Of a stretch of 64,000 nt of DNA, positions 38,385-48,846 are shown piece by piece. Each line of letters begins with the position of its first letter. The first letter of the stretch is position 1. The DNA lies in NCBI GenBank assembly GCA_027038175.1, contig JALVYB010000098.1, positions 7,606 to 71,605 of the forward strand. Direction: 5' to 3'. The notes beneath the pieces are model-generated. The model was not told the origin of the DNA and did not search any database. It worked only from the letters and a program-made list of their open reading frames with translations. Made by a program: the position numbers and the translations under genes. This DNA is from a candidate division WOR-3 bacterium. Lineage in GTDB: Bacteria; Hydrothermota; Hydrothermia; UBA1063; CAJXJZ01.

Positions 38385-39373
38385 AAATCGTTTCCGTTTT
38401 CAGGAAGTTGCAATTCTTCCAGAACTTCTTCTTCCTCTTTTGATGGAAATAGATACCATTTTGAGCCCAAAATAAAGCCCACGAGACTGCCAAATATGTA
38501 TCTTAAGGCATGGGTTATAAAAGCATAGGTAAGTCCAAGTTCTTTTGGCAGTCCGTATGCGTAAAATGCAAGGAGTGTCGCATATTCAAATACGCCAAAA
38601 TACCCAGGACCAGAGGGTATGGAGACACCTATATTCACGGCTACCATTACAAATAAAGCAAGCGACATGGGGCCTCTATATCCTATCGCTTTAAGGAAAT
38701 AAAAATAACTGTAAAATTCTACTGTCCAGGATAAAATAGAGAGTCCAACAATGTAGACTGTGTTCTTAGCATCTCCAAGGAAATGGAGTGCGGAGATGAT
38801 TTTTCTAACCTGTTTTGCTATTTTTGAGTTACAGTTCTTGTATCTGTGCTCATGTACTATATAAATTACAAAAAATATAAGCACTGCTAAAAGAATTCCA
38901 CCTGTCAGGTACAGGATGGCTTCTTTCATGGACTCTGGAACTTCTTTAAATAACCATCTCCCGAGAAACGCCCCGAGTAGTATAACAAGACCATCAAGTA
39001 TTCTTTCTATAATAAGAGAACTAAGGGCTGTTGTTACAGGTACATTTTCTCTGTGCTTCATCGCCACAGAGCGCCAGAGGTCACCAAGCCTTGCAGGGAG
39101 AATATTGTTGCCAAGAATATCTACGAATAAAGCAGCAATGCATGACATCACGGATACTTTTTTCACAGGTTTTAGCATTAATTTCCATCTAAAACCTCTT
39201 ATAGCGTTGGCTACGAGAAATAAAAGCACACCCCAGAAGGTAAAGTATAGATTGAAGTTTTTTAAAGTGGCCCAGACGTCCTTAAAGTCAATTTCCTTAA
39301 AGGTGAAGTATAAAAACACGCCGCTTATCAGAAAACCACCTATCTTTATAATATTTTTCTTTTTTACCTTCAT
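38381..39373 (-). CDS. UPF0104 / lysylphosphatidylglycerol-synthase-TM-like flippase-family membrane protein
   Basis: 330 aa with about 8 TM helices. The N-terminal GFLISGVFLYFTFKEIDFKDV...RGFRWKLML pattern is typical of the family. Confidence 0.55.
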   Translation of the reverse strand: MKVKKKNIIKIGGFLISGVFLYFTFKEIDFKDVWATLKNFNLYFTFWGVLLFLVANAIRGFRWKLMLKPVKKVSVMSCIAALFVDILGNNILPARLGDLWRSVAMKHRENVPVTTALSSLIIERILDGLVILLGAFLGRWLFKEVPESMKEAILYLTGGILLAVLIFFVIYIVHEHRYKNCNSKIAKQVRKIISALHFLGDAKNTVYIVGLSILSWTVEFYSYFYFLKAIGYRGPMSLALFVMVAVNIGVSIPSGPGYFGVFEYATLLAFYAYGLPKELGLTYAFITHALRYIFGSLVGFILGSKWYLFPSKEEEEVLEELQLPENGNDF

Positions 39374-40251
39374 TATGCCCTCGGGTGAGTGTTTTTGTAT
39401 TTTTCTATTATGCTTTTGAATGATGTGTTGACGTATATGCTTGTGGTGCTTATGGATGAATGTCCCAGAAGTTCCTGAATGATACGAATGTCAGCACCGT
39501 TATTCAAAAGGTGTGTAGCGAAGGAATGTCTCAGCGTGTGAGGGTGTACTCCGTATTTCATGGCGATTTTTTCAAAGGTGGAGTTTATTATATACCATAC
39601 CTCTCTTCTTGAGAGTTTCCTCTTTCGGTTGGAAATAAAGAGGTATTTTAATGTGTCTTTTCTCGTTGAGAGGTAATCTTTTAGCGTTTTCTCAGTTTTT
39701 TCTCCAAAGATAACTATTCTTGTCTTTTTCCCTTTTCCCACTACTCTGATTGTTCGTTCACCGAAATCTATGTCCTCAAGGGTTATATTGGACAGTTCAG
39801 ATGCTCTGAGTCCTGTTGAATAGAAAAGGTCAATTATGGCTTTATTTCTTATCTCAAGTGGTTTTACCGGATGCCACTCATCGAGTATCTTTGCTAACTG
39901 GCGCTCTGAGAGAACGTCAGGAAGTCTTTCAGGAAGTTTTGGATTTTTAATGCCTTCTGGTGGGAATTCGTTTATCTTACCGCTATTTATACAGTATCTA
40001 TAAAAACTCCGTATGGCTGACAGTTTCCTTGATATTGAACGGGGATGCATTGAACCCCTAATAAGAAACTCAATAAAGTTACGTATATCGTTGCGTTTTA
40101 CTTTTAGTAGGTTACTTTTTCCAAATGTGTATTTTATAAATTCTTTAAATTGAATGAGGTCCTTTTTATAGGAGTTTATCGTATTTTCAGAATAGCCACG
40201 TTCACTTCTCAAGTGATTAAGAAAGTCATCTAAAGCATCGTCTCTTTCCAC
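39373..40251 (-). CDS. xerC: tyrosine recombinase XerC/XerD (CodV-like)
   Basis: 292 aa with an N-terminal SAM-like domain and the R...HxxR...Y catalytic set (LRHSFATHLL...LGHSSISTTSIY). Immediately downstream of trmFO, the order seen as gid-codV in Firmicutes. Confidence 0.85.
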   Translation of the reverse strand: MERDDALDDFLNHLRSERGYSENTINSYKKDLIQFKEFIKYTFGKSNLLKVKRNDIRNFIEFLIRGSMHPRSISRKLSAIRSFYRYCINSGKINEFPPEGIKNPKLPERLPDVLSERQLAKILDEWHPVKPLEIRNKAIIDLFYSTGLRASELSNITLEDIDFGERTIRVVGKGKKTRIVIFGEKTEKTLKDYLSTRKDTLKYLFISNRKRKLSRREVWYIINSTFEKIAMKYGVHPHTLRHSFATHLLNNGADIRIIQELLGHSSISTTSIYVNTSFKSIIEKYKNTHPRA

Positions 40252-41543
40252 CTGAGTATCTCCTTTATCGCCCGTTCTTTTTTAAATTCTCTTCTTCTCA
40301 TCCCTTTTAATCTTGAAGGGACACCTCCTAAAAGTCCCATATTTGCGTTCATGGGTTGAAATACTCCACCGCTGCCCTCTGAAATGTACTTAAGGAGTGC
40401 CCCGCTCATGGTGTGTTCTGGCAAAGGTATTTGCTTTTTGTCCTTTATCATGTTGTATACGAAAATTGAAGATATAAGTCCTCCCATAATGGCTTCAACA
40501 TATCCTTCTGTCCCGGAAAGTTGACCTGCGATAAATATATGAGGATACTTTTTTAAATTGAGGGTTCTTGATATAACGCCTGGAGCATTTATGAAGGTGT
40601 TCCTGTGTATTTGTCCATACCGTAAGACCTTCGCATTTTCAAGACCTGGTATGAGGTGTATAAGTTTCACTTGCTCGCTTCTTTTGAGCCTTGTCTGAAA
40701 TCCAACAAGAGAGTACATGGTTTTCTCTTTATTTTCTGCCCGAAGTTGGACTACAGCAAAAGGGGTTTTGCCTGTTTTAGGGTCTTTTAGACCCTTTGGA
40801 GAAAGTGGACCGTATACAAGAGTGAGCCTTCCTCGTTTTGCCATCTCCTCTATAGGAAGACACCCCTCGAAATAGGGTATCTCTTTATCAAAATCATGAA
40901 CTTTGAATGACTCTGCATTCACAATAAAGTTATAAAACCTATCGTACTCTTCCTCTGTCATAGGAGCGTTTAAATATGCATCATTATCAATACCGTGCCT
41001 ATCCTTAAAATACAGTTTTTCCATATTAAGCGATTCTGCATCCACTATTGGAGAGATAGCATCGTAGAAGTTCAAGAATTCTTCCCCAATGAGTTTTTTA
41101 AGATTTTCTGCGAATAAGCCATCGGTAAGCGGACCCGTTGCAATGATAACAGGAGTCAGGTTATCTTCAGGTATTTCCTCGACTCTCTCCCTTCTTACTT
41201 CTATGTAAGGGTGAGATTCTATTTCTCTGGTTACGGATTCTGCGAATTTTTCCCTGTCAACTACCAGGGCTTTCCCACCTGAAATTCTGCTTTTTTTTGC
41301 CATGTCGAGAAGGATTGAACCCAGTATTTCAATCTCTTTTTTCAAAAGCCCATGGGCATTGGTCTCTTCCTGTGATTTTAAAGAGTTGCTGCACACAAGT
41401 TCAGCCAATTTGTCGGTTGTATGAGCAGGGGTTGTATGTGCTGGCCTTTGTTCGTACAGAATGACCTTTATTTTCCTCTCTGCAAGTTGAAGAGCAGCCT
41501 CACTGCCAGCAAGTCCACCACCTACAATAATAACCTGTTCCAT
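40230..41543 (-). CDS. trmFO: methylenetetrahydrofolate--tRNA-(uracil54-C5)-methyltransferase
   Basis: 437 aa containing IIVGGGLAGSEAA...LVCSNS; TrmFO/Gid family. Confidence 0.9.
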   Translation of the reverse strand: MEQVIIVGGGLAGSEAALQLAERKIKVILYEQRPAHTTPAHTTDKLAELVCSNSLKSQEETNAHGLLKKEIEILGSILLDMAKKSRISGGKALVVDREKFAESVTREIESHPYIEVRRERVEEIPEDNLTPVIIATGPLTDGLFAENLKKLIGEEFLNFYDAISPIVDAESLNMEKLYFKDRHGIDNDAYLNAPMTEEEYDRFYNFIVNAESFKVHDFDKEIPYFEGCLPIEEMAKRGRLTLVYGPLSPKGLKDPKTGKTPFAVVQLRAENKEKTMYSLVGFQTRLKRSEQVKLIHLIPGLENAKVLRYGQIHRNTFINAPGVISRTLNLKKYPHIFIAGQLSGTEGYVEAIMGGLISSIFVYNMIKDKKQIPLPEHTMSGALLKYISEGSGGVFQPMNANMGLLGGVPSRLKGMRRREFKKERAIKEILRWKETML

Positions 41544-41595
41544 AGGAATTTAATTATACTCTAAAACTCCCGTCCCGCAATGGTGAATGTGTGAT

Positions 41596-41624
41596 GAAAA
41601 TGCGGGGCAATGCCCCGCATTTTG
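41596..41624. terminator. perfect hairpin (ATGCGGGG-caatg-CCCCGCAT) flanked by A4/T3
   Basis: Lies directly after the stop of the 41626..43875 (-) gene and upstream of trmFO. The U-tract is weak on the minus-strand transcript. Confidence 0.35.
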
Positions 41625-41625
41625 T

Positions 41626-43875
41626 TTATTTTACGACTATAATCTTTTGGATACTACGTGTATTCTCTTTGTTAACTACAAAGTATATCCCTCTTCTTAC
41701 TGTACTTTGCTCTGATAGTTTTTTGCCGGATATATCAAACACTGTGTACTCTTTATTGTCTCTCAAATAAATGTTGTGAAAGTCTTTTGCCCGCATTATC
41801 TTACCTCTATACGTTTTCTCTGAGTTTTCCTGAGTATGCTCTGTAATGATGGTAACCACATATACAGAGTTTGTATCTCCAGGCGTTCCATAATCAGGTA
41901 CCTTTCCTCCTGAACCTGATGCAGCCCAGTTTGTAGGGTCATTATTGTCAATATTTGGGTCTTTTAATTCCAATGATGGGCCTCCTCCGTCAGGAGTTGT
42001 GGGCCATGGTGATGCATCGTCGTACAACACACTGTCCACGGTATTTCCTGCCGCATCAACCAGTTTTACCCACTCACCACTGTTTGAAAGTTGAACACTG
42101 TCTGCAATGTTTATGAGTATCTCATCTCCGTCAGTAAGATATGGCTGATAATCCGGTTTTGAAAGAAGGGAGTTAGTATCGCGTGCGAAGACAACAAAAT
42201 AGTAAGGTGGTACTTTCGTTCCATTTGGCATGTGCGCTTCTCCTTCTCCATCGGTCAGATACCACCCGCTCATATCTACAGTATCAGGGGTCGCATTCCA
42301 TACTTCCGTATATTCGTATAAACTATCATCACCCCATGTGGTCGAGGGATTATACATTATTTCATTTATGATAACACCGGCGTTGAGTTGGTATTGAGAA
42401 CTTTTGACAGTGTATGAAATGGTATCTGACACACTCCTTGCTCCCGAATCGTCTATTGCTACAACAAAATATGAAATATTTGTGCCTGCAGAATAGGTAC
42501 CAATGTCGTAGTGAAAAGTGTCAGTAGAGATTGCAAAATGAAATGATGCCGTATACGTTCCACCATTAACTGATACATAAATAGAGTCGGTGACAAGTTC
42601 GTGGTCATCAGTAATTATGGCATGTGCTATTACAGAGTCTGTATCTGTAGGGAATGAAGGTTCATGCCAGACATTTGAAATTAAAGGTGGCTGGTTAGCG
42701 GTATGGTTGTATACTATATACGAGAAGGTATCTGATACGGTTCTTGCCCCCGAATCATCAATTGCTATTATATAGTAGTAAACTGTATCATCATAATTCT
42801 GTGGCATAATTTCAAAGTACGATGTGTCGTTACTCCTTGTGAGATGAAATATTGCTGTAAATGTTCCACTATTTATGGCATAGTAAAGAGAGTCTGTGGT
42901 TACTATATTGTCATCAGTTATTAAAGCAGATACTTTCACTGTATCTGTATCTGTTACCATAGTTGGGGTTTGTATTATGGTATCTATTAAAGGAGGAGTA
43001 TTGGTTACTTGCTTTTGGATAAGCCATAAACATATATTTAATGTAACGGTGGAGTCTTTGTACGTATACCACCCGTCATATAAATTATCGCCTGGATCCC
43101 CAGTACCGTCATCTACAGGGGAAGAATCACCAAATCCTGCTATTTTCCCGTTGCCATATGTTCCTGTAAAAACTATAACATTAGAATTGCTTCCTTGAGT
43201 TTCAGCGTTTTCCCATATATGTCCACGGAGAGATGGATTTGTGTTAGTATTTAAAGTAATTACTGTGCCTCCCCAATAACCGAAAGTATCCACTATTCCT
43301 GCTGGTCCATTAATGATTGAATCATTGGGATCGGTATTTACGTTGGTTATTGTCTCGCTTATGTAATTATTAGCATCTCCTGTCGTGTCAAAGTGTACTC
43401 CGAATATATCTTCAAATGCTGCGTTAAAAACGCGTGGAGAATCCCAGCCGTCATTGTCTCTGTCTGAAGCGTTGTGGTCAGAAATCATAAAAAATCCGCC
43501 CCCATTTTGTACAAAATCTGTGATTGCCTGAATTTCAGATGCGCTGAGTGGATTCTGTGGCTCTACCATCACAAATACATCAAAATTTGAAAGGTCCATG
43601 GGGCTGGATGTTCCATAGGTAATTGCACTATCCGGTGGAAGGGTTACAACCTCATGTCCTAACTTATACAAAGCGTAACCCCACGATGAAATCGCTCTGT
43701 CCCAGTCGGTTGCTGAGGTTGGATTTTGCGGTTGTGGATAAGGATAATCACTATCTATAATCCAGTCAGCATTTCCGGCTGTTTCATTTTTTGTATAATC
43801 AAACAAAAAACGTGCAGCCATAAGGCTTTGTGCTATTAGAGTGATTAGTATTATCTTGAATACATATTGCCTCAT
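41626..43875 (-). CDS. secreted multidomain protein: N-terminal hydrolase-like domain, two tandem ~97-aa repeats, lamin-tail domain (LTD), T9SS-type C-terminal sorting domain
   Basis: 749 aa with a signal peptide. The repeats (aa ~293-389 and ~395-491) are about 60% identical. The LTD-like segment reads GVIINEIMYNP...YEYTEVWNAT...VDMSGWYLTDGEG. C-terminus: VFDISGKKL...RGIYFVVNK...KIIVVK. Confidence 0.55.
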   Translation of the reverse strand: MRQYVFKIILITLIAQSLMAARFLFDYTKNETAGNADWIIDSDYPYPQPQNPTSATDWDRAISSWGYALYKLGHEVVTLPPDSAITYGTSSPMDLSNFDVFVMVEPQNPLSASEIQAITDFVQNGGGFFMISDHNASDRDNDGWDSPRVFNAAFEDIFGVHFDTTGDANNYISETITNVNTDPNDSIINGPAGIVDTFGYWGGTVITLNTNTNPSLRGHIWENAETQGSNSNVIVFTGTYGNGKIAGFGDSSPVDDGTGDPGDNLYDGWYTYKDSTVTLNICLWLIQKQVTNTPPLIDTIIQTPTMVTDTDTVKVSALITDDNIVTTDSLYYAINSGTFTAIFHLTRSNDTSYFEIMPQNYDDTVYYYIIAIDDSGARTVSDTFSYIVYNHTANQPPLISNVWHEPSFPTDTDSVIAHAIITDDHELVTDSIYVSVNGGTYTASFHFAISTDTFHYDIGTYSAGTNISYFVVAIDDSGARSVSDTISYTVKSSQYQLNAGVIINEIMYNPSTTWGDDSLYEYTEVWNATPDTVDMSGWYLTDGEGEAHMPNGTKVPPYYFVVFARDTNSLLSKPDYQPYLTDGDEILINIADSVQLSNSGEWVKLVDAAGNTVDSVLYDDASPWPTTPDGGGPSLELKDPNIDNNDPTNWAASGSGGKVPDYGTPGDTNSVYVVTIITEHTQENSEKTYRGKIMRAKDFHNIYLRDNKEYTVFDISGKKLSEQSTVRRGIYFVVNKENTRSIQKIIVVK
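42403..42999 (-). repeat. tandem intragenic duplication (2 x ~290 bp, ~16-bp spacer)
   Basis: The DNA is visibly similar between copies (for example GGTATCTGATACGGTTCTTGCCCCCGAATCATCAATTGCTAT versus GGTATCTGACACACTCCTTGCTCCCGAATCGTCTATTGCTAC). The protein repeats both end ...AIDDSGAR(T/S)VSDT(F/I)SY. Confidence 0.7.
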
Positions 43876-44086
43876 AATACCTCCTATTTTGTCAAAGCCT
43901 TTAATTATACTGTTTAGGATTGTCCTGTGTCAATAGTATTTTATAACTCCACTTTTCATGGGATTTTTGTAAAAGTATGTTCTCCAGATTGTGATAAAAT
44001 GTGACGGATTTTCGACACACTTTTGCAGGTTTATGCTGTTTTTATACTTTGATGTATAATCTCTTTATTCAAAGGAGGTTCCATAA

Positions 44087-44818
44087 ATGGAAAATACAGC
44101 AATAGTAACCGGTGCATCGAGAGGAATAGGGCTTAAAATAGCAGAATACCTTGCAAGAGATGGTTATAACGTATTACTTGTTGCAAGAAATGAGGAAAAG
44201 TTGAAAGAAAACGCTGATAAAATCGCATCCAGGTATGATGTGGAAACCATGTACTTTGCCATGGATCTTTCTCTAAAAGAGGATTTTGATAATCTCTCTC
44301 AGTTTATCAGGGAGAATATAAAGTCCATCAGTGTTCTTGTTAACAATGCAGGAATTACTAAAGATACCCTCTTTATGAGGATGAAAGAAAAAGACTACAG
44401 AAGTGTCATAGAGGTGAATCTTCTTGGTGTTTTTAATATGACTTCCATTGTTCTACCCTATATGCTTAAAGAAAGAAAGGGGGTTATCGTTAATATATCA
44501 TCTGTTGTGGGTATTACGGGAAATGCTGGACAAACAAACTATGCGGCTTCCAAAGCAGGTATTATTGGATTTACGAAATCTCTTGCGAAGGAGGTCGGAG
44601 CAAGGGGTATTAGAGTTGTTGCAGTAGCCCCGGGTTTTATTGAAACCGATATGACATCGTCTTTAAGTGACAGGATAAAAGAGGAGTATCTCTCGCGGAT
44701 TCCTTTAAGAAGGTTCGGCAAGCCAGAGGATGTGGCAGAAGTCGTGTCTTTTTTATGCAGAGATGCTGCCTCTTACATTACAGGACAGGTTATAGTCGTT
44801 GATGGCGGGATGATTTAA
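44087..44818 (+). CDS. fabG: 3-oxoacyl-[ACP] reductase
   Basis: 243 aa SDR containing [12 protein letters not shown] and YAASKAG, ending [10 protein letters not shown]. Confidence 0.85.
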   Translation: MENTAIVTGASRGIGLKIAEYLARDGYNVLLVARNEEKLKENADKIASRYDVETMYFAMDLSLKEDFDNLSQFIRENIKSISVLVNNAGITKDTLFMRMKEKDYRSVIEVNLLGVFNMTSIVLPYMLKERKGVIVNISSVVGITGNAGQTNYAASKAGIIGFTKSLAKEVGARGIRVVAVAPGFIETDMTSSLSDRIKEEYLSRIPLRRFGKPEDVAEVVSFLCRDAASYITGQVIVVDGGMI

Positions 44819-47250
44819 AATTTCACTGTTGCTGTAAGTTGCCATCTTGCCGGTTGTTTTCGCAAAAATACCCCATTTAATGTGATGATGTTAAGAAGGG
44901 TGTTAACTTTGAACTTATATGAGATGCCTACATTGAGATAGGTGGAGAAGGGTATCTTTGTACTGCTTGTATATGAGGTGGTTACGTTCGCAGTGTATTT
45001 ACTTATGGATAGGTTGAAGCGATTTTTAAAGGTATAAAAGTTTTTTTCAAATGGCTGGAAACTCCCATACTGAATTTCTGTTGCGTTGTGCACTTTTTTT
45101 CTCTTAAGCAAAAGAGATATCCCGTATACTTTCTTTTCAAAACCTAATAGGTCATCTTTCTGATGTTCGTAACTTGCTCCTGGACTCATGATTTTGTCAG
45201 TGAATGTAAATAAGTGGAGTTGTACATGCCAGAGGCCAACTTTATTCATATCAGTTAATATATTCTGTGATGTGAAAGAGGAACCGAAACGAGTCCCATA
45301 TATAAATGGAGATGAAAAGGATGTACTCATGTTTAATCTCTTTTCGTTTTCTGTATTCTCGATTTTAAGATTTGCGGTGATGGAGTACCTTGCGTGAGTG
45401 AAATAAAATTCAGTTGATGTAATGTTTTTATAGGTTAAATCTCCTGAGATTGCCGGGATTATTATCCTTGTAAACTCACCAAATTCAGAAGGCAGCATTC
45501 TGCCAGATGCAGAGTCATACATAAAGGCCCCGGAGGGTGTTTTGATATAACGTTCTATATATAAGTTGTCCATATCAAGCATGCGCCCAAGTTGGAAATT
45601 TAAATGTCCCGCATTAAATCTCAGAGTGTTTAACATATTATAGGTAAAAAATGAAGGGGTTTTCATTATTTCAAAGTGGAAGTCACTTAATTTGCTATGA
45701 ACATTGTGCTTTATAAATATTCCATAGTTTATTTTCACAGAATCTTTGCCTGCGAAAGCGTATATATAAGGAAAATTGAACGAGTTTACCTCAAGGCCAA
45801 TAGTTTTTTCGTGAAACCTGTTATAATAAAGCGAAAGGGAAAGGTAAGCGTGTTTGTACAAAAGAATGGTCTCTTTAAGTTTTTTCTCCCCCGTTAATCT
45901 CAGTTTTATAGAGTTAAAACTTATGGTAGTATTCCAGTGAGGTAGACTGTCCATGGTGCTGTGCAAAGTAAGGTATTTTCTGTCGCTTCCTATGGTAAGG
46001 TCTGCGAACTTTTCATTCTCCAGTTTCTCTCTGTACGATTGTAGAGACTGATTATAGGTGGGGTAGGGTAGATACACGGTTCCATCTGTTTTTCTCATGC
46101 CAGCCTCAACTTGAAAGAGTTTTTTTCGTATTCCTGCAGAAATTTCTATCCCTTTTCCCCTTTCTGTTATCTCTGAATTGCCTTTTTCAGATTGAGTATA
46201 GGTTGTTTTCAGAAATATGTCCTTTCCCCCTTTTATCGAAATTTTATTGAAATTAATTGAAGGTGAAACATTTTCTCTCTCAGGTGTATAGTGTCCACTG
46301 CCTTTTCCTACAAAAACATAGTAATCACCCTCCTTTACATATTCATAGGCCCCATTTATTGTATCCAGTTGGAAATACACCATGTAATGCCCTTTCCCCT
46401 TTCCCACATACACAAAAATACTGTCCTGTTTCTCGTAATCTCCCCCGCCTTGCGGATAAAATACGCCTCCCAGTGAATCGGGTATCATCTGTTTTACTCT
46501 GTTTTCCCTGTAAACCATTGCATTTGCCTTTAAAAATTTCTTTGAGAGACCTCCCTCTAAATTATAAACCATTAAAGGGGAAAAAGGGGTGTGATACTGG
46601 TAGGTAACAAGGAGTCTGTGCTCTATTCCTGAATCTTTTATGTAAAGGAATAGTATACCACGAGTATAATCGAGCCTGTACTGGGTTTTGTCAAGGATTT
46701 TCCCGTCTATGAATACATTCTCGCTCCCTTCGATGATTGGGATCTCTTTCCGGGTTATTTTTATGGGAATAGAGTAAGGAGGTTTTACAATAGTATCAAA
46801 CGTTTCCATGACGCCATTTTTCTCACCAACTCCACCTCTTATTGTGAATGTGCTGTGTGTGAAACCGAAATACCCTCCATCGAGTTTATTACCATAAAGT
46901 GAATATCTTCCAAGTAAAAAGGAATCCCTTTTCCTTTTAATGGTCAAATAGGCTGTATTTGCGTCTTTTAAACTTATGGTGTAAACATCATTTAAAGGTG
47001 AGAATTTGTTATCGTAGAGAAAGCCGCTTATTACCCATCCTCCTTGAGTCCTGCCACTTATATGAATGTTTGTTGACTGAAATATATCACCGTTTTTGCC
47101 TGTTCCCTGTGCATAAAATGCTTTTTCTCCCTCTACCAGAATATCCGTGTTAAAATGTGCAGTGTCTGCTCTGAGCGTTTTCGAAGAATCTGGAGAATTT
47201 ACTATTCTCGGGTTCTCAAACCATATTCCAAAAAGCAACCATAAAATCAT
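44815..47250 (-). CDS. hypothetical large outer-membrane beta-barrel-like protein (C-terminal ...TATVKF)
   Basis: 811 aa, rich in alternating aromatic/hydrophilic beta-strand-like segments, with a terminal Phe. No recognisable catalytic motif. Confidence 0.3.
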   Translation of the reverse strand: MILWLLFGIWFENPRIVNSPDSSKTLRADTAHFNTDILVEGEKAFYAQGTGKNGDIFQSTNIHISGRTQGGWVISGFLYDNKFSPLNDVYTISLKDANTAYLTIKRKRDSFLLGRYSLYGNKLDGGYFGFTHSTFTIRGGVGEKNGVMETFDTIVKPPYSIPIKITRKEIPIIEGSENVFIDGKILDKTQYRLDYTRGILFLYIKDSGIEHRLLVTYQYHTPFSPLMVYNLEGGLSKKFLKANAMVYRENRVKQMIPDSLGGVFYPQGGGDYEKQDSIFVYVGKGKGHYMVYFQLDTINGAYEYVKEGDYYVFVGKGSGHYTPERENVSPSINFNKISIKGGKDIFLKTTYTQSEKGNSEITERGKGIEISAGIRKKLFQVEAGMRKTDGTVYLPYPTYNQSLQSYREKLENEKFADLTIGSDRKYLTLHSTMDSLPHWNTTISFNSIKLRLTGEKKLKETILLYKHAYLSLSLYYNRFHEKTIGLEVNSFNFPYIYAFAGKDSVKINYGIFIKHNVHSKLSDFHFEIMKTPSFFTYNMLNTLRFNAGHLNFQLGRMLDMDNLYIERYIKTPSGAFMYDSASGRMLPSEFGEFTRIIIPAISGDLTYKNITSTEFYFTHARYSITANLKIENTENEKRLNMSTSFSSPFIYGTRFGSSFTSQNILTDMNKVGLWHVQLHLFTFTDKIMSPGASYEHQKDDLLGFEKKVYGISLLLKRKKVHNATEIQYGSFQPFEKNFYTFKNRFNLSISKYTANVTTSYTSSTKIPFSTYLNVGISYKFKVNTLLNIITLNGVFLRKQPARWQLTATVKF

Positions 47251-48158
47251 TTTCTACGGAATCTAATAAGCAACATGGCTCCTAAAACACTTACCAGAAA
47301 TATAGAGACGAAGTATAAAAGTGAGGTTGCCATTGCTGCTTCTTTCCCAATGTACTTACTGAACAGGAATACGAATCCTCCTTCTCGCATTCCAAATCCA
47401 GATACTGTCACAGGAATCATGCTCAAAAAGTTAATGAAAGGTACAAATAGTATGGTCCTTATAAGTCCCGCATGTTCTCTTATGGAGATAGTTATGAAAT
47501 AAACATCCAGAGAGTATAAAAGCTGTATCAAAAAAGAATAAAACAGTGCCATGGTTATAATTTTCTTACTTCTGAATGAGTGTAGAAACTCATAGATATG
47601 GTAGAGATGTTCTCCCATTGGCAGTTTTTGCAGAATAGAAAAGACAAAGGCGGTTCTTTTTGAAAAGAGCATGAAAAAAAATAGTATTTGAAGTAAAAGT
47701 GCAACAATCACTATCTTTGCGTATTTTCCTGTATCCTGAAGGCTGTACAGGAGTCCTAAAAACACATAAATATTTATTGCAAGGAAACCAAACACCCTGT
47801 CCATAAAGGTGGATGAAAGTTTCTCTTTTATTTTGTCTTTCCCTAAGAACATAAGTCTTGCCACGTCAAGCCCACCAGAAGGGAGAAAATTCGCAAGAAA
47901 CAGGGATTTTAGGTAGTGTGAAAACAGAGTTAAAAGCGGTACATTAATACCAAGATTTGATAAAAATAGTCTCCATCTCATACTTGATAAGAATATACCT
48001 GCAAGATACATAAAAGATGCAAGAGCAAAATACCAGAGATTTACGCGAGAAAAGATAGTTATAAGTCCTTTAACATTGACTTTTTTAAACAGAATATAGA
48101 GTAGGATGATAGTAACGACAATTTTGCCAGTTTCAAGTAATATCTTTTTGGTCTTCAT
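47247..48158 (-). CDS. UPF0104 / LPG-synthase-TM-like flippase-family membrane protein (paralogue of 38381..39373)
   Basis: 303 aa. Same N-terminal pattern as its paralogue (...LLYILFKKVNVKGL...MRWRLFL) and about 8 TM helices. Confidence 0.5.
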   Translation of the reverse strand: MKTKKILLETGKIVVTIILLYILFKKVNVKGLITIFSRVNLWYFALASFMYLAGIFLSSMRWRLFLSNLGINVPLLTLFSHYLKSLFLANFLPSGGLDVARLMFLGKDKIKEKLSSTFMDRVFGFLAINIYVFLGLLYSLQDTGKYAKIVIVALLLQILFFFMLFSKRTAFVFSILQKLPMGEHLYHIYEFLHSFRSKKIITMALFYSFLIQLLYSLDVYFITISIREHAGLIRTILFVPFINFLSMIPVTVSGFGMREGGFVFLFSKYIGKEAAMATSLLYFVSIFLVSVLGAMLLIRFRRK

Positions 48159-48846
48159 ATAAATGCTCCTTTGTAAGTGAAGTAATAATGTCCACTGTCT
48201 TTTTGCCTATTTTGAATGTTGCTATACTCTCAAAATCTCTGACAGTAAGAAAGAAAAGTTCTTTTATTACTCCACTCTCAACTTTTATACTATCTGAATA
48301 CAGAGGGGCACATTTGTCACACAGAGGACCTCCAGCCTCCGGGCTTATATATTTTACTGTTTTACTTCCGCATTTTACACAGGTGGTAATTCTCGGTAAA
48401 ACTCCTTCAAGGTGAAGGATTTTAAGCAGCGCTCCATAGTAAAGTTCTCTATTACACTGTTCTTTTTTATGAGATACTCTCAATAGTCCCTCATATAGAG
48501 CAAATATTGATTTTGCAGTGTCAAGGGTTGCCATTTTAAATATGATTTTTCCCAATTCAGCACACCTTCTTACACTTTCGTAGTCTTTTATAAAACCCGA
48601 GTAACTCGCTATGAGCCGTGCATCCCTTATTGTATGTACCTCCCTTGTGTCTTTAAGAAAGAACTGAACAAGAGAAACGGAAAAAATATCTATTTCCCCG
48701 CGTATTTTCGATTTGGGTCTTTTATATCCTTTGGCAAGAAGAGAGACCGCTCCTATATCCTCTGATATACCTTGAAAGATAATGGAGGAGTCCATAAAGG
48801 GAATGGATTTTGTTGGAATAAAACGTGTCTTTATAAGTCCTCTCAA
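48133..48846 (-). CDS. recO: DNA repair protein RecO
   Basis: 237 aa with an OB-fold N-terminus and a Zn-finger (CVKCGSK...CDKC). The true start may be the internal MDSSIIFQG. Confidence 0.7.
   Translation of the reverse strand: MRGLIKTRFIPTKSIPFMDSSIIFQGISEDIGAVSLLAKGYKRPKSKIRGEIDIFSVSLVQFFLKDTREVHTIRDARLIASYSGFIKDYESVRRCAELGKIIFKMATLDTAKSIFALYEGLLRVSHKKEQCNRELYYGALLKILHLEGVLPRITTCVKCGSKTVKYISPEAGGPLCDKCAPLYSDSIKVESGVIKELFFLTVRDFESIATFKIGKKTVDIITSLTKEHLYEDQKDIT

Noticed and set aside
39373-40251. Tyrosine recombinase as a marker of an integrated mobile element
   Set aside because: It sits immediately downstream of trmFO, the conserved gid-codV (xerC) chromosomal arrangement. There are no flanking repeats or phage or IS genes, so it looks like the housekeeping dimer-resolution Xer.
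44023-44060. Possible fabG promoter (TTGCAG ... TGTATAAT)
   Set aside because: The -10-like TGTATAAT at 44053-44060 is decent, but no -35 lies at an acceptable 16-18 nt spacing; TTGCAG is 26 nt away. Too weak to call.
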